Source of the DNA: the human T2T-CHM13v2.0 reference genome, Homo sapiens
Reading direction: 5' to 3' (one strand)
Assembly: GCF_009914755.1 (NCBI RefSeq)
Contig: NC_060941.1
DNA: 64,000 bases
A program made the position numbers and the translations under genes. This document shows positions 32,544 through 50,201 of this stretch, piece after piece. How positions within the stretch are numbered: position 1 is the first letter of the stretch; each line of letters begins with the position of its first letter. The notes beneath the pieces are model-generated. The model ran no database searches, was not told the DNA's origin, and saw nothing but the letters and a program-made list of their open reading frames with translations.

Positions 32544-33197
32544 CTTTATTTTATTTTTTATTTAAATTATACTCTTAAGTTTTCGGTTACACGTACAGGA
32601 TGTGCAGTTCTGTTACATAGGTATACACGTGCCATGGTGGTTTGCTGCACCCATCAACCTGTCACCTACATTAGGTATTTCTCCTGTTATCTGTCCCCTA
32701 GCCCCCCACCCCCCACAGTCCCTGGTGTGTGATGTTTCCCTCCCTGTGTCCATGAGTTTTCATTGTTCAACTCCTACTTATGAGTGAGAACGTGCGGTGT
32801 TTGGTTTGCTGATCTTGTGACAGTTTGCTGAGAATGATGATTTCCAGCTTCATCCATGTCCCTGCAAAGGACATGAACTCATCCTTTTTTATGGCTGCAT
32901 AGTATTCCATGGTGTATATATGTCACATTTTCTTAATCCAGTCTATCACTGATGGACACTTGGGTTGGTTCCAAGTCTTTGTTATTGTGAATAGTGCCGC
33001 AATAAACATACATGTGCATGTGTCTTTATCGTAGAATGATTTATAATCCTTTGGGTATATGCCCAGTAATGGGATTGCTGGGTCAAATGGTATTTCTAGT
33101 TCTAGATCCTTGAGGAATCACCACACTGTCTTCCACAATGGTTGAATTAGTTTACACTCCCACCAACAGTGTAAAAGCGTTCCTATTTTTCCACAAG
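32544..33197 (-). mobile_element. L1PA (PA6/7-like) 3' end
   Basis: gtgccatggtggtttgctgcacccatcaac...ccaccaacagtgtaaaagcgttcc. Confidence 0.9.
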
Positions 33198-33254
33198 TGT
33201 TTTGTTTTTCTTATATGCACTTTGGGAACTCTTCTTGGCATTAATTATCTTTTT

Positions 33255-33566
<312 letters not shown>

Positions 33567-33939
33567 GACACTGATTGTCTTTGATGTCCAGTTTCCATTC
33601 TTCCTGCTTTTGGTAATAGTCGCCCATTTCCATCCGGCAAAATACCCCTCCCCACTCCCAGTCCTGTGACCCACAGGGGTTGCTAACACTCCACTCTCTC
33701 CCACCCCCACCACCATCACCACACACACCCCCCATGTACCTTGGGTCATACATGCCCTAAGCCTTGCCAAAAGAAAAGGATGAATTCAGTGAACACCTAT
33801 GATCAGTGGAGCTTTTAGACTTCAGGTCCTTTCTTCTTAGAAATTAATTTCTTAAAATAGTGAATACATTCACATGGTTCCAGAAAAAGCATGGGAAGTT
33901 GAATAGTAATAAAATAGAAAACTATAAATCAAAAAGTAA

Positions 33940-34860
33940 ATAAATTGAAAATTTGATAACAGAACAAGACATTTGCATAGTCTTCAAGTGCTTCCCCACA
34001 AAATCTCATTTGTTAGAAAGGGAAAAAGAGGAATTTTGCCAAGGAGAACCCTGGCAGACACCACATTAATAAAGCGATTAATGTTAATGTCATCGGTAAT
34101 GGGACAAATTGTAATTGTGTGCCGATTGATAGATGCAATGAGAAGGTCATATGTCACTCCTGTGATATTCCCGCCAAAGATTTGTAAGCTGAATCTAATC
34201 ATGAGGAAATATCACAGCATGCCTATGCCTTGGCATAGTGGCTCACCCCTGTAATCCCAGCACTTTGGGAGGCCGAGGCAGGTGGATCACCTGAGGTCAG
34301 GAGTTCGAGACCAGCCTAGCCAACATGGTGAAACCCTGTCTCTACTAAAAATACAAAAATTAGCTGGGCGTGGTGGTGCCTGCTTGTAGTCTCAGCTACT
34401 TGGGAGGCTGGGGCATGAGAACCGCTTGAACCTGGGAGGCAGAGGCTGCACTGAGTCAAGATTGTGCCACCGCACTCCAGCCTGGGCAACAGAGCAAGAC
34501 CCCGTCTGATTATTGGCCTGTAATCTCTCTGGTCTTGAAGGCTACGAAAAGACTGAGAAACGATCCAGATTGAAAGAGAATGAAGGCAACATATGATTAT
34601 GAAGTGGATCCTTTTGCTATAAAGGACATTATCGGGACACTTGAAAGGTAGAAATATATCAGTGTTAATTTCCTGATCTTGTTGATTGTATTGTGCATAT
34701 GTGGGGGTTTCCCTGTAGGAATTTAGATACTAAAGTATCCACAGGTGATGGGGCATCATATCAACAACTTACTTTCAAATGGTTCAGGAGAAAAAGATAT
34801 TTTTTTACCATGCTTGTAGCTTTTGTGTAAATTTGAGATTGTTTCAAAATTTAAAAAATG
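33940..34860 (+). mobile_element. Old L1M 3'UTR split by AluS (34224-34508)
   Basis: ctggcagacaccac...aatctaatcatgaggaaa; cagtgttaatttcctgat. Confidence 0.65.
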
Positions 34861-34899
34861 GTTTCAAATTATCTAGTACAAAATTTTCCCTCTAATCAC

Positions 34900-35606
<707 letters not shown>

Positions 35607-35743
35607 CTGTAGTAAAAGGCAGAGTAATGGCACATTCTTACACACTTTGACTCAGCAGACACAGAGACTGACCCGAAGAAACCACAACAACTAAGAAATG
35701 CATTTGGGTTGTGGTGGTGTCTCGATTTCTTTAAGAACAATAG

Positions 35744-36028
<285 letters not shown>

Positions 36029-36049
36029 TTAAGAACAGTAGATGGGTAC

Positions 36050-36151
36050 CTGCTTCATCATTGAGCAAGAAAGGTTCAATTCTAGTGAATTTTGTCAAAA
36101 CAAACAATGATAGAAACGGTCAGCCTTAAGTATAAATTGACATTTCTATTT
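36050..36151 (-). pseudogene. Exon 5 ([31 protein letters not shown])
   Basis: Acceptor tttttatctctag, donor CAG|GTACCC, 102 nt symmetric. Confidence 0.7.
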
Positions 36152-36436
36152 CTAGAGATAAAAAATTGCTTCCAACTCTTAGCTGACAGTCCCCACTCTT
36201 GCTGCCTCAAAGTTTCACAGTTTATAAGGTCCCCTCTTCACCCCTCCTTACACTGGTATTTTTCACCCCACCTGGCCAAGGGAAGGCATTGGCAAGCACA
36301 CCTCCAGTAGCTAGTGATGCGTTTTAGAATGTTCCCATTTTTATCCTCCCTCCTACACTGTCTCCTTTCTCTCAATTCATCTCCCCAGTGTCTTTTCTAT
36401 TTGGGTTACCTTCATGCTTTTTTCTCCTGGGTTCCA

Positions 36437-36760
<324 letters not shown>

Positions 36761-36915
36761 ATCTCCTGGGTTCTATTATTGTTTGGCTGCCCTTAATGAC
36801 TGTGGGCTCCGGGCCAATAGTACAAACAGAGGCCTGTCCTGCTATCTTTCTAAATATTTAGAAATTGTAAACCAAGGCATCAAACTGTTAAATAAAATAG
36901 GTTCTTACTTCTTAC

Positions 36916-36990
36916 CATGGTATTCACCTTCATAACAACCTGAGAGGCCAGGTTTGAATTCAGAATTCTCATACTTCTCGAAAAATCATG
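36916..36990 (-). pseudogene. Exon 4 (FFEKYENSEFKPG...)
   Basis: Acceptor ctttcatattctag, donor ATG|GTAAGA, 75 nt symmetric. Confidence 0.75.
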
Positions 36991-37206
36991 CTAGAATATG
37001 AAAGCGCAGAGAGAGCCTGCCATTGCCGACCTCTGGCTGCAGCCGTCCACCCTTCTCTTCCTACCCTTTGCAACATCTGGTATCACAAGGAGCCTCTTGT
37101 GCATAGCTATGGACACCCAGCCCACAAGTCTAGCCTCCATACTCCTGCACCTCCATCCCTACTGCCAGCTTCATCCTGACCACCCCTCAGGCCTAGGGGT
37201 GGGTAC

Positions 37207-37328
37207 CACTCTGCTGTAAGAGTCACCCTTGAGGGATGGAATAAGGCAACAGGCCCCTGTAAGCCCTGGAAATGGGCCTGAGGCCATTTGGACAGAGAAT
37301 TCTGGGGTCCTGGTACCAGAAGTGTGGT
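37207..37328 (-). pseudogene. Exon 3 (PHFWYQDPR...AYRGLLPYSIPQG)
   Basis: Acceptor tgtttctcctcccttttag; donor at 37207 (G|GTACCC) or 37227 (G|GTGACT). Confidence 0.7.
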
Positions 37329-37356
37329 CTAAAAGGGAGGAGAAACACAGAACAAG

Positions 37357-37866
37357 TTCCTCCCCTCCCTTCTTCCCCTCTCTCTCCCCTTCCCTCTCCT
37401 TTCCTCCACCCCCCTCCCCTCCCCTCCTCTCTTAACCCTCCCCTCCCCTTTCCTCCTCTCCCCTCCCCTCTCCTCCCCACTCCCTTCCCCTGCCCTCTCC
37501 TCCCCACTCCCTTCCCCTCCCCTCCCCTGCCCTCTCCTCTCCTCCCCCTCCCCTCCCCGTCCTCCCATCCTCTCCCTTCCCCTTTCCTCCCCTCCCCTCT
37601 CTTTACCCCTCCCCTCCCCTTCCTCCCCTTCCCCTCCCCTCCTTTCGCCTCCCCTCTTCTCCACTCCCTTCCCCTTCCCTCCTCTTCCCACTCTCCCCTC
37701 TCCTCCCCTCCCATCCCCTTTCCCCCGCCATCTCCTCCCTTCCCACCCCCTCTCCCCCGCCATCTCCTCCCCTCTCTTCCCCCTCCACCCCTCTCCTCCC
37801 CTCCCCTCCCCTCTCCTCTCCCCTCCCCTCTCCCCCTCCCCCTCCCCACCTCTCCTCCCCTCCTTT
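37357..37866. repeat. (CCCCT)n-like polypyrimidine tract, about 510 bp
   Basis: Almost pure C/T. Confidence 0.95.
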
Positions 37867-38489
37867 GGTCCTGAAGAATCCTTTACCCTTTGGAAGCAGG
37901 AGGAGAGCCAGAGTGGGGGGCCCTGCTGCCTAGATCCAAGGGCAGTACTGATGGTCTTGATAAATTGTATTACTAGATTTCCTGATATTCATCCATCCTT
38001 GTGATTCTGGAATAAACCCTGCTTAGTCATGGTTTTTTTTAAATATACTGCTGGATTCCATTTGCTAATGTTCTACATAGGAATTTTCCATCCATATTCA
38101 TGAGTGAAATTGATCTCCAGTCTTCTTCATTTGTGCTAACATTGTCAGGTTTCAATATCAGGGTTATGCTAGTTTTGTAAATTGAATTGGGAAACTTTCC
38201 ATGCTCTTCTATGTTCTTTAACAGTTATTTTGTTCTTTTTAATTTGCAAGGCATTTATAAAAACATTCTCATTGTAAAAAACATTCAAACCATGCAGAAA
38301 AAGATAAATTCCCCTTGACTTCCCTTTACATTCTAATCCCTGTCTAGAAATAATCACTGTTAGCCATGTGCTGTGTATTCTCCTAGAGCTTTTCACTTCT
38401 ATACATACATGTAGCTGTCTATGATTTGGTACTTTTTCTTTACCTAAATGGGATTAAATTCTACATACTAAATTACAAGTTTTTATGTT

Positions 38490-39246
<757 letters not shown>

Positions 39247-39904
39247 GGTTTTGTGCATTTTTTTAAACCTAAATTTATGTGTTGGAGAGCTCACCATGTC
39301 AATACATGTAGACTTATCTCTTCCTTTTAAAATACAACATAATATTCCATAATATAGACATTTTAATTTAAAACTATTTCCCACTTGAGGGACATTTAAG
39401 TGGGTTCCAATTTTTCTTCATTATTATTCTGTATTAACTATTTTATCATAACACTTATTACTGCCTAACTTTATCTGATTTAATCTTTTGTTTGTTGGAT
39501 TGTTCATTTGTTTACTGTTCTGTTTCCTTCCATTAGAACTTCAACTTCTTCCAAGCAAAACCTTTTTCTGTCCTGTTCCTGCTGTGCTTAAAATTGTGTC
39601 TGGCACATAGTAGGCACTCAATAAATGTTCACTGACTAAATTAATCAATGAAAGAACCTTTGTAAAAGGCTCTTTGGCCACACATGCTACTGTTTCTTCA
39701 GATTAGGTACTAGAAGTGGAAGACCTGAGTCAAAGTTTGCAGGCATTTAAAATTTTCATAGATTCTGTCAAATTGACCTGCAGTCTGACCAGTTTATACT
39801 TCCACAAGTAACAAGAGAATCCACCTCCTCATACTCTTGCCAACATACGTTATTAACTAGTTTAACTTTTAATCCAATTTATGAGCTTAAAACATTGTAT
39901 CTTG

Positions 39905-40378
<474 letters not shown>

Positions 40379-40668
40379 TTATTGTTGTTTTAATTTGTAC
40401 TTCTTTGATTACTACTGCAATTGATGCTGTTTTGTTTCTTTGCGAGTTGGAAATCCTTTTCTGTTAATTATTTGTTGGTGCATTTTGTCCTTTTCCCCCC
40501 TACTCAGTTACTTGTATTTTTCTTACTAATTTATGGGAGATTTTAATGTTTTTTGGAAAAAACATTTGTCAAATATCTGGCCAATATTTCCTCCTAACCT
40601 GTTGCTTTTGACTTAATTTTGTTTATGGTATCTTTTCAGTCTGTATTATCTAAATTATATTTTAATGA

Positions 40669-41087
<419 letters not shown>

Positions 41088-41231
41088 CTATTTTTCTTTT
41101 AATTCTAGTAGAATATGGCTTTCTTCATATGCTAAATAAGGGATTTTTTCCTATGTACAAAATGTAACAACGTTTTTAAACTTATTTGGCATTATTTTTC
41201 ATTTCTTTCTGTTGTTCACAGGTAGACTTAC

Positions 41232-41406
41232 AAAGGATGAAATTGATCTCTACTACTAAGTGGATCCATCTTCAAGAGAGGGCGTTCAGAACACCCGGAA
41301 AGATAAGAAAGGTGAAGGCACCAAACGGCCCTTTGGAGGGCAGACTCCCATTCTGGGTGGAGGGTCTGATTCCCACCAATGATCTGGAATCTCTCAATTA
41401 TATTTG
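41232..41406 (-). pseudogene. Exon 2 (NIIERFQ...AVWCLHLSYLSGCSE...DQFHP), open
   Basis: Acceptor ccttattctcccaag, donor TT|GTAAGT, 175 nt phase 1 to 2, no stop. Confidence 0.7.
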
Positions 41407-41494
41407 CTTGGGAGAATAAGGAGTTAAAACAGGTTAGGTCTTGGACTAGGTCTATAGCATTTTTACATGCAGTGTTTTTGTTTCTTAGTCTAAA

Positions 41495-41768
41495 TTTATT
41501 TATTGACAGGGTTTCAGTCCTGTTGTCTAGGCTGGAGTGCAGTGGCACAACCACCGCTCACTGCAGCCCCAACTTCCCAGGCACAGGTGATTCTCCCACC
41601 TACCTCAGCCTCCCGAGTAGCTGGGACTGCACCATGCCCTGCTAATTTTTTGTAGAAACAGGGTTTTGCCATGTTACTCAGGCTTGTCTCGAACTCCTGG
41701 ACTGAAGCAATCCACCTGCCTTGGCCTCTCAAGTGCTGGGATTACAGGCATCAGCCACTGTGCCTGGC
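41495..41768 (-). mobile_element. AluJ
   Basis: TSD gtctaaatttat. Confidence 0.9.
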
Positions 41769-41984
41769 TTTGTCTAAATTTATAAACCCATAAATTGAAT
41801 CTCATTTTTCTCACAATAACACCATCCCAATCTACGTCATCCTAATCTACATTAGTGCTTGGTACTAAGTATTTGTCTACAACCCCTCCTTTTCCCATTC
41901 CTCCACTTCCTTCTCTTTTATATTATTATTATTATTATTTCTGGATAACCAGTAGCCCTTTTGAGAAAAGCCTGATGCTCAAGG

Positions 41985-42165
41985 TCAGTGGTTCTCAGCT
42001 GGGGTATGCACATCAGAATCGCTTGGGCAGCTTGAAAAAAAATACACTCCTGGGCTCTACCCTAGATTTGAGGAATCAGAATCATAGGGGGAAGGATCAG
42101 GAATTCTGAAATGTTTAAAATCTTCCCAGGTGATCCTGATGTGCAGAGTTGAGAATACCTCAGGT
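41985..42165. mobile_element. MER5A-type hAT
   Basis: cagtggttctca...catcagaatc...cccaggtgatcctgatg. Confidence 0.7.
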
Positions 42166-42557
42166 ATTTTAACACACGGCTTTATCTTTGAAGAACAGAA
42201 GAGACCCCATGGGGATACAGTCAGCCAATGTGACTAATTCTACAGGACAAATGACCCAGTTTCCTCAAAAATAAGTGCCATGAAATATATGGAGCAGGGA
42301 GGTGGAAACTGTCATAAATCAAAAGACTTGAGATGTGTCAACCAAGTGAAACGTGTAAACCTTATTTGGGTCCCAATCTGAACAGACCGAAAATGGGCAT
42401 TTTTGAGACACTTAGGGAAAACAGAACACAGATTATTTAATACGAGGGAATTATTTTTGTTGGATATGATATTGGCACAGTGATTGAAAAACAAATTCCT
42501 TATCTGTTAGAGCAAAATACTGATGAATTTATGGGTGAAATAATGTATCTGAAATTT

Positions 42558-43030
<473 letters not shown>

Positions 43031-43489
43031 CATATATAGAGAGAGAGTGAAAAAAAAATCTTATGGAAAACAAACAAAAAAAGAAACAACCATGTGGGAG
43101 GAAATGATGAAGTAAGAACACAGTGTTGATAATTGTGAAAACTGGGATGACAGGTATGAGGAGGTTCTTAGTACTATTTACTTTTGTGTATGTTTGAACA
43201 TTTCAACAATAAAAACATTTTAAAACAATGACATCATCCATAGACCTGAACTCCTCCCAAGTCTAGTTTTCCTGATCCAGACTCCCCCAGGCCTTGTCAG
43301 CCCTTCCTTTTGGTGGGTTCTTAGTTCCTTCGGGGCGTACCTGATTGGATCAAGAAACTTTATACAAACTTTTCCTCCTTGCCTGCTTCTTGCCCCTGGG
43401 AGTGCAGTGGAAAACTAGAGCCAGAGAGGCAGTTTGCTGCGGATGCTTCACATCCTCTGTAATATAGTGACACTGGCTGTTGGTACCAG

Positions 43490-43640
43490 AGCGGGGCGAC
43501 TTACCCACCTGCAAACCTAGCCCAGACCTCCCCTCCATCCGCTCCGCCAGTGGTGCAGCACGTGAGCGCTCGGTTGGAACATCAGGAGTGTGAATTCCAA
43601 GAGCAGCTGTGGAACTGAGCCTTGTAAAAATTCCTTGTAG
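43490..43640 (-). promoter_or_regulatory. Candidate promoter/first-exon region of the pseudogene
   Basis: Local CpG retention, CACGTG E-box near 43558, GC-box-like ggggcg, directly at the first donor. Confidence 0.4.
43505..43538 (-). pseudogene. Exon 1 coding part (MEGRSGLGLQV)
   Basis: ATG at 43538 in a CpG-retaining patch; donor GG|GTAAGT at 43505/43504; phase 1 matches the next exon. Confidence 0.55.
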
Positions 43641-43716
43641 GGGAGAGGGGAGTGTGGTGTCATCAAAGCAAGCAGGTGAAACAAAAAGACAGGGTGTTCT
43701 CTTACTGAAATACATC

Positions 43717-44050
43717 AGGGAGGCGGGGTGTGGTGGCTCCCGCCTATAATCCCAGCACCTTGGGAGGCCGAGGCGGGCAGATCACTTGAGTCCAGGAGTT
43801 TGGGACTAACCTGGACCACATGGCAAAACCCTGTCTCTACAAAATAATACAAAAATGAGCCTGGTATCATCGCTCCTGCCTGTAGTCCCAGCTACTCAGG
43901 AGTTTGGGGTGGGAGGATCGCTTGAGTCCAGGAGGTCGAGGCTGCAGTGAGCTGTGATGGACCCACTACCCTCCAGCCTGGATGACTGAGGGAGACCTTG
44001 TCTCAGAAAAAAAAAAAGAAAGAAAGAAAGAAAGAAAAGAACAGAACAGA
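43717..44050 (+). mobile_element. AluJ with (GAAA)n tail
   Basis: Diverged full Alu. Confidence 0.9.
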
Positions 44051-44370
44051 AAAGAAATCATCAGCGAGAAGAGCAAGAATCATTCTAATCTGGCCTGAGT
44101 GAAAAAGGAGCCCCAAGGTAGCTAGGAACTGGTTTCTCTCTATTTTGTCTTAAAAAGTTATTGCTTTCCAAACTTGGTTTTCTTGACTTTTAAATTAAGG
44201 GTTGACTCTATGTGTGTATGTTTAATAAAGAGGATGAGAGGAAAGGGATAATACATAATCGTATGCTATGTAACTATAATTTTATATTTTTCTAAGTTAT
44301 TTTATATTCTGTATTTATACTTTACATTCTATCTTATAGAAATATAATTTTATAGTAACACATGCTCTAA

Positions 44371-44995
<625 letters not shown>

Positions 44996-45749
44996 TCACC
45001 CCTCTTCTAAGCTCAAATTCCTCTTCCTTCTGATTCTGCTCAAAAGAATGTAGAAAGTGGAGTGGTGAGATAGGCAGAAGCTTGAACCCACATGCTGCTT
45101 GCTTTCTGGGTTGGAGACACCCCACTGTTCACTCAGCCATCCTCCTTTTCTATTTTTCCTTCCTGCTGAACAGAGAGTGGCTGCTGGCCTCTTTCCCTGT
45201 GCGTTCTCCACCTAATCTTTGGACCAACGGCAATTTTGTGCTCTTATTAAATGAAGGAGCATGCATGGAAAACCACTTCTGGGTGGCCCACAATGGGGAC
45301 AAGAGGAACACCACGTTGCTTGTGTCAAATCAAGGATTGTGCCAAGGGCGTTTCTCTGCACCACCTGAAGTGCCCTCTTGGAGTTGTCTTGCCAGGTTTA
45401 GCCTTGACCTCCCAGGAAAAGACAAATGGCAGTGAGTACCTTCATAGTTGAGTGGTATGGAAGGCAATGGTGTTGCTTATGCAACACAATTCTGGGATTG
45501 CATTCCAGCTTCCCCACATAGTGGTTGTGGGACCTCGGCCAAGGGATTTAGCCTCTCTGAGCCTCAGTTCTTTTATCTTTAAAGTGGGCAGAGTAACAGA
45601 ACCAAAGGAAATAACATGTCTTCCTTGCCAAGCATGGTTCAGTGCATAGCAATTGTTCAGCAGTATAACTATTTTATAAACGATTCTATTTGATCTTTAT
45701 TAAACTTCTCTACCTCCTGATTTTGTGGTTGAAGAGAAACTGGGTTTTA

Positions 45750-46061
<312 letters not shown>

Positions 46062-47338
46062 TCAGAAGCATGAATAGCAGGGCCCCTGGTCATTCAGGAC
46101 AGAGCCAGGCAGGAGTTAGGGTTCCAACTCCCAGGCCAAGGCTCATCCTAATCCTCCAACAAGAGACCCTTTTAGCACTCTGGCCAGTGGGTTTACTTAG
46201 GAGACCGGAGAATGCCCCAGGTTGGGGAATCAGGAGCTGGTGGTCTCAGGTCAGACAATCCAGAAAGAGTCAGTCTGGTCTGCACACACCAGAATCACCT
46301 GGGATACGTGTTATATCCTTGCCTGAGATCACGACATAAGAATTTCTGGACTGGGCTCAGACACCAGTCTTACTGAAAAGCTCCCTTGTGTTTCTCCTGT
46401 GTAGTGGGGGTTGAGTCCCCCTGTGCTAGAGGGACAGGGAGTGCAATGCTGGAAGAACCATTCCTGTTATGTGGAGTGAATTAGAAGACAGCGGTCACCA
46501 AAGCCGTATGTTGCCCAGAGTGTGGTTTCTCTGAGGATGGTTTCAGGACATCATGGGAGAGGCTGGTGGCCTACCTTGCCTGGGACGTCGGAGGTGCAGC
46601 TGCTCCTGCGAGCATCCCCAAGCTTGCCCCTACCACTCGAGAACTACTCTAAACCCTGTCCAATTGGTTTATATTTGAGGCTTGCACCGCCGCCCTGGTG
46701 GGTCAACAGTGTCACCTCTGATGAGTAAGTTTGGCGCTCAGGGGAGGGTCTGGGCTGGAGGTGTAAGCCTGGGAAATCCTGACTGCCTCAGGCTAGAAAT
46801 AGAAAGTAAATTCCTGACAGTGTGTGGGAGATGGCCCAGGGGCTCAGAGGAGAGTTTCTGGTGGGGTTTCTGGGGATCAACAATATTTATCTGAGTCTGT
46901 TAACATCTCAGGGGCTGGATTCCTGTGTTGCCATTTTTGCTACCTTCAGGCCAGGTGTGACTGCACCCTGGGAAGGCTGGAGAGAGCATCTCTTGCTTGG
47001 TTGGGGCAGCTGGGAAGGGTGAGCCTCTAACCATTGGCAAGGAAAGGTTCTGGGAGCTGGGGGATGTTGTCTGTGGTGACTCCACACTTCTTGGAGTCTT
47101 GCTCAGCCTCAGGGGCTGGTCTGCACCTGGGCAGCTCACCTGGGCTGAAGGGGTGCAGGAAAGAGCGGGGGCGTTGGCGAGGGGAGAAAGAAGGAGAGTC
47201 AGCAGCAGAGGCCCCTCTGGGGGTGGTGAGGAGGGGAAAGACTTCAGGGACCTGCCAGGGAGGAAGGCAAAGGTGGGGGAGGAGCGGAAGGGCTGCGGAT
47301 CAAGGCAGGGACAGGAGGGCCTGCGTGTCTCTACCCCC

Positions 47339-47680
47339 ACATTCCTTCTGGGATTTTTTTTCGTTCCCTTGGTTATAGAAGAATAGCAATTAGCAAATTC
47401 AGTAAAAAGGGCCAGAAATGGAGATTGTTTGTGAATTGGGGGCCAAGATGCATGAGTGAAGGAATGTGACCAGAACTATATATAACCCCTCCCTTGGCCC
47501 ACCCACCTGTCCAGCGGAGTGAGCGATGGTCTGTTTGTTCTGGGCTGGTATGTAGCTCATTTCACTCTAGGAGCCCACCATCTGGACCTGGGCCTCGCTG
47601 CCAGTAGCTCTCGGTGACCATATATGGCAAAATGATATATGTGATAAAAAGAAGTCAAATTCCCCAATTGCGTCAGCCCC
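47339..47680. promoter_or_regulatory. Candidate muscle/cardiac-type enhancer
   Basis: MCAT ACATTCCT 47339 and GGAATGT 47461, MEF2-type CTATATATAA 47476, E-box CACCTG 47504, perfect CArG CCATATATGG 47618, TGATAA 47642. Confidence 0.5.
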
Positions 47681-48137
47681 TGGAGCATGCAGCCTGCCTG
47701 GCTCGAGCCCCTTCCAGCCTCTCTCCCAGCCTTCTGCCCCGCAACTTTGCTCCGGAAACCAAAGGGGCTCAGAGATTGACTGGGGGAGCAGGGAGCTGGG
47801 GGCGGGGCTGCCATCCCTTCACCCGTTCACCCCAACGTTTGTTTGGGGTGGGGAGGATAATTAGCGAGGGCCTGAGCTGCCAATGTATTTGCCTCTGGCC
47901 TTAAACCAGGAAGATTAGAAACTAAGTGATAACTCACATTCTTTCCAGAAAGCAGCCTAGTGTGGCGCCAGTATGTATGTGGGTAGGAGGTGGGGGGCAT
48001 AGTCCCACTGGGGTTCTGTCCACCCCCAATCCCAAAGATCACATGGCCCCCAACATCCCTTAAATTCCCTTGAACCTTAACCTGCCAGGAAAAATGTTCA
48101 GTCCACATAGCTTATCTGGGGGAACAAAATAGAATAA

Positions 48138-48142
<5 letters not shown>

Positions 48143-48175
<33 letters not shown>
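48143..48175. repeat. (AC)16
   Basis: Direct read. Confidence 0.95.
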
Positions 48176-48177
<2 letters not shown>

Positions 48178-48727
48178 TTTTCTCTCCCCAAACTTTCTTT
48201 CTTCCTTTCTTCTGCTCTGCCTTGTCCCCAGCATCCACACCTGATGCATGGCTGCGTGCACCACCCTGCAAGGGAGCTCCCACTCTGGGCCAGACATTGT
48301 GCAGGAGGCCAGAGGAAGGTGACAGTATAGAGCAGATCCTGGCTCTCACGCAGCGTGTCCTGGATGAGGCAATGGACTGCTGCCATACGGGGCATCCAGC
48401 CAGACACAAGGGCTCAAGGAAGCTTCTGGGAGGAGGCGACACTTGAGCTGAATCTTAAAGAACAAGCAGTAGTTAGCCTAATGATGGATGGGGATTAGAA
48501 CCGGAAACCCCGGGCTGAGGAGAGAAAGCGGGGGAGAGAGACCAGATGGGGCTGAGTGCCTCCAGGTGTGGAGAGACGTGAGGCTGGAGGTAAACAGGGG
48601 CCAGAGCATGGAGCCTTTTTCTAGGAGATGTTAAAGGGACTGGGTCTCTGTCACCATCTCCCACTCCCAGCTCCCAGCCTTCTATCTCACAGCTCAGTCC
48701 ACCACCGCGGAGCATGGGTCAGGTCAG

Positions 48728-48766
48728 GCACGTGTGCACGCGCGCGCGCGCGCACACACACACACG
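48728..48766. repeat. Alternating purine-pyrimidine tract with (CG)7(CA)n
   Basis: gcacgtgtgcacgcgcgcgcgcgcgcacacacacacacg. Confidence 0.9.
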
Positions 48767-49851
48767 AATATGCCCGGAAATGTATACTCAATGCCACATC
48801 ACATAAGCAAGGACATTTAGCAAAAGGGAAGAAAAGAAGAAAAATGATGTTCAAATGAGAACCAGGGAGAGACGGCAGGCCTGGGGGAGGGCACTCAGCC
48901 AGGAAGGGGAGAGGAGGAGTGGAAGTGGGAAGTGCGTGGGCGGGAGAGCCAGGAGGCTGTTGATGGAAAGGGAGCTGGAGAATGCTCTGGGCTCTCCGCA
49001 AGGGGAAGACACAGACAGCAGCGGAGACAGCTGGTCAGCAGAGGTGGTGGGAGTGGGGGGCGAAGCACAGAGTCTAGAGCCCAGCCTCCCCCATCCAAGG
49101 CTCAGCTCGGATGTGTGTCCCCTCACGCCTCGCCCGCGGGAACTGTGGCTCCTCCTTTAGCTGACCACAGTGGTGGGCATTGGCTGCAGGAGGTCCCTGA
49201 GAAAGCCCTCCAGTGTGGTCCAGGAGGGAGATAGGGCCTGGGGATCTGTCTGATGCTCCGCTTTAGTGTGGATACATTGATCAGATGTGTTCCCTGGCAT
49301 CCTGGAGGGTTCGAAAGCCTGTTCTGAAGGGTGAGTGTCCTTCATGGCACATGCCTCAGAGACCTGTGTTCCCTGTGCATTCAGAGGGGAGGATCATATT
49401 TTAGGACTCAGCCGAGGCTTTGCTTCCACCTCCTTGGCTCCTCAGGGCTAGGCCAGGGACGTGCCTGTGTATTCGTTTGGAAATCCCAATGCAATGCAGT
49501 GGGACATGCTTAGGGCAAGTGAAGGGCAGGTGCACTGTCTTTTATGACCCACCCTTGGCAGCCGCACAGTCACTTCCGTTGTATTCTGTTCAGAGCTACT
49601 GTGATACCATCAGGGAGGAGACTATGCAAGGGCACCAGTTCCAGGAGGTGAGGGTCTTTAAGGCCATCTTGGAGATTGGCCACTGCAGTCACTAAATTTT
49701 GGGGTAATTTGTCATGCAGCCATAGATGACTAATACAGGCAGAGATGTCCTTGATGGGGTGCTTGGCCCAGGGTGGCAGGCAGGTAAGGTGGGGCAGGAC
49801 TTGACTCTGGGTCTCTTAGATAAGATTCTTTTCACTACAAGAGATTTAAAC

Positions 49852-50201
<350 letters not shown>

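Noticed and set aside
37223-37874. 200-aa proline-rich and Gly/Arg/Glu-rich ORFs
   Set aside because: Low-complexity C/T tract without stop codons
41222-41432. Plus-strand exon-like segment
   Set aside because: Overlaps the better supported minus-strand exon 2 and has no partner exons
49012-49035. RE1/REST-like motif cagcagcggagacagct
   Set aside because: Mismatches at core positions of both half-sites
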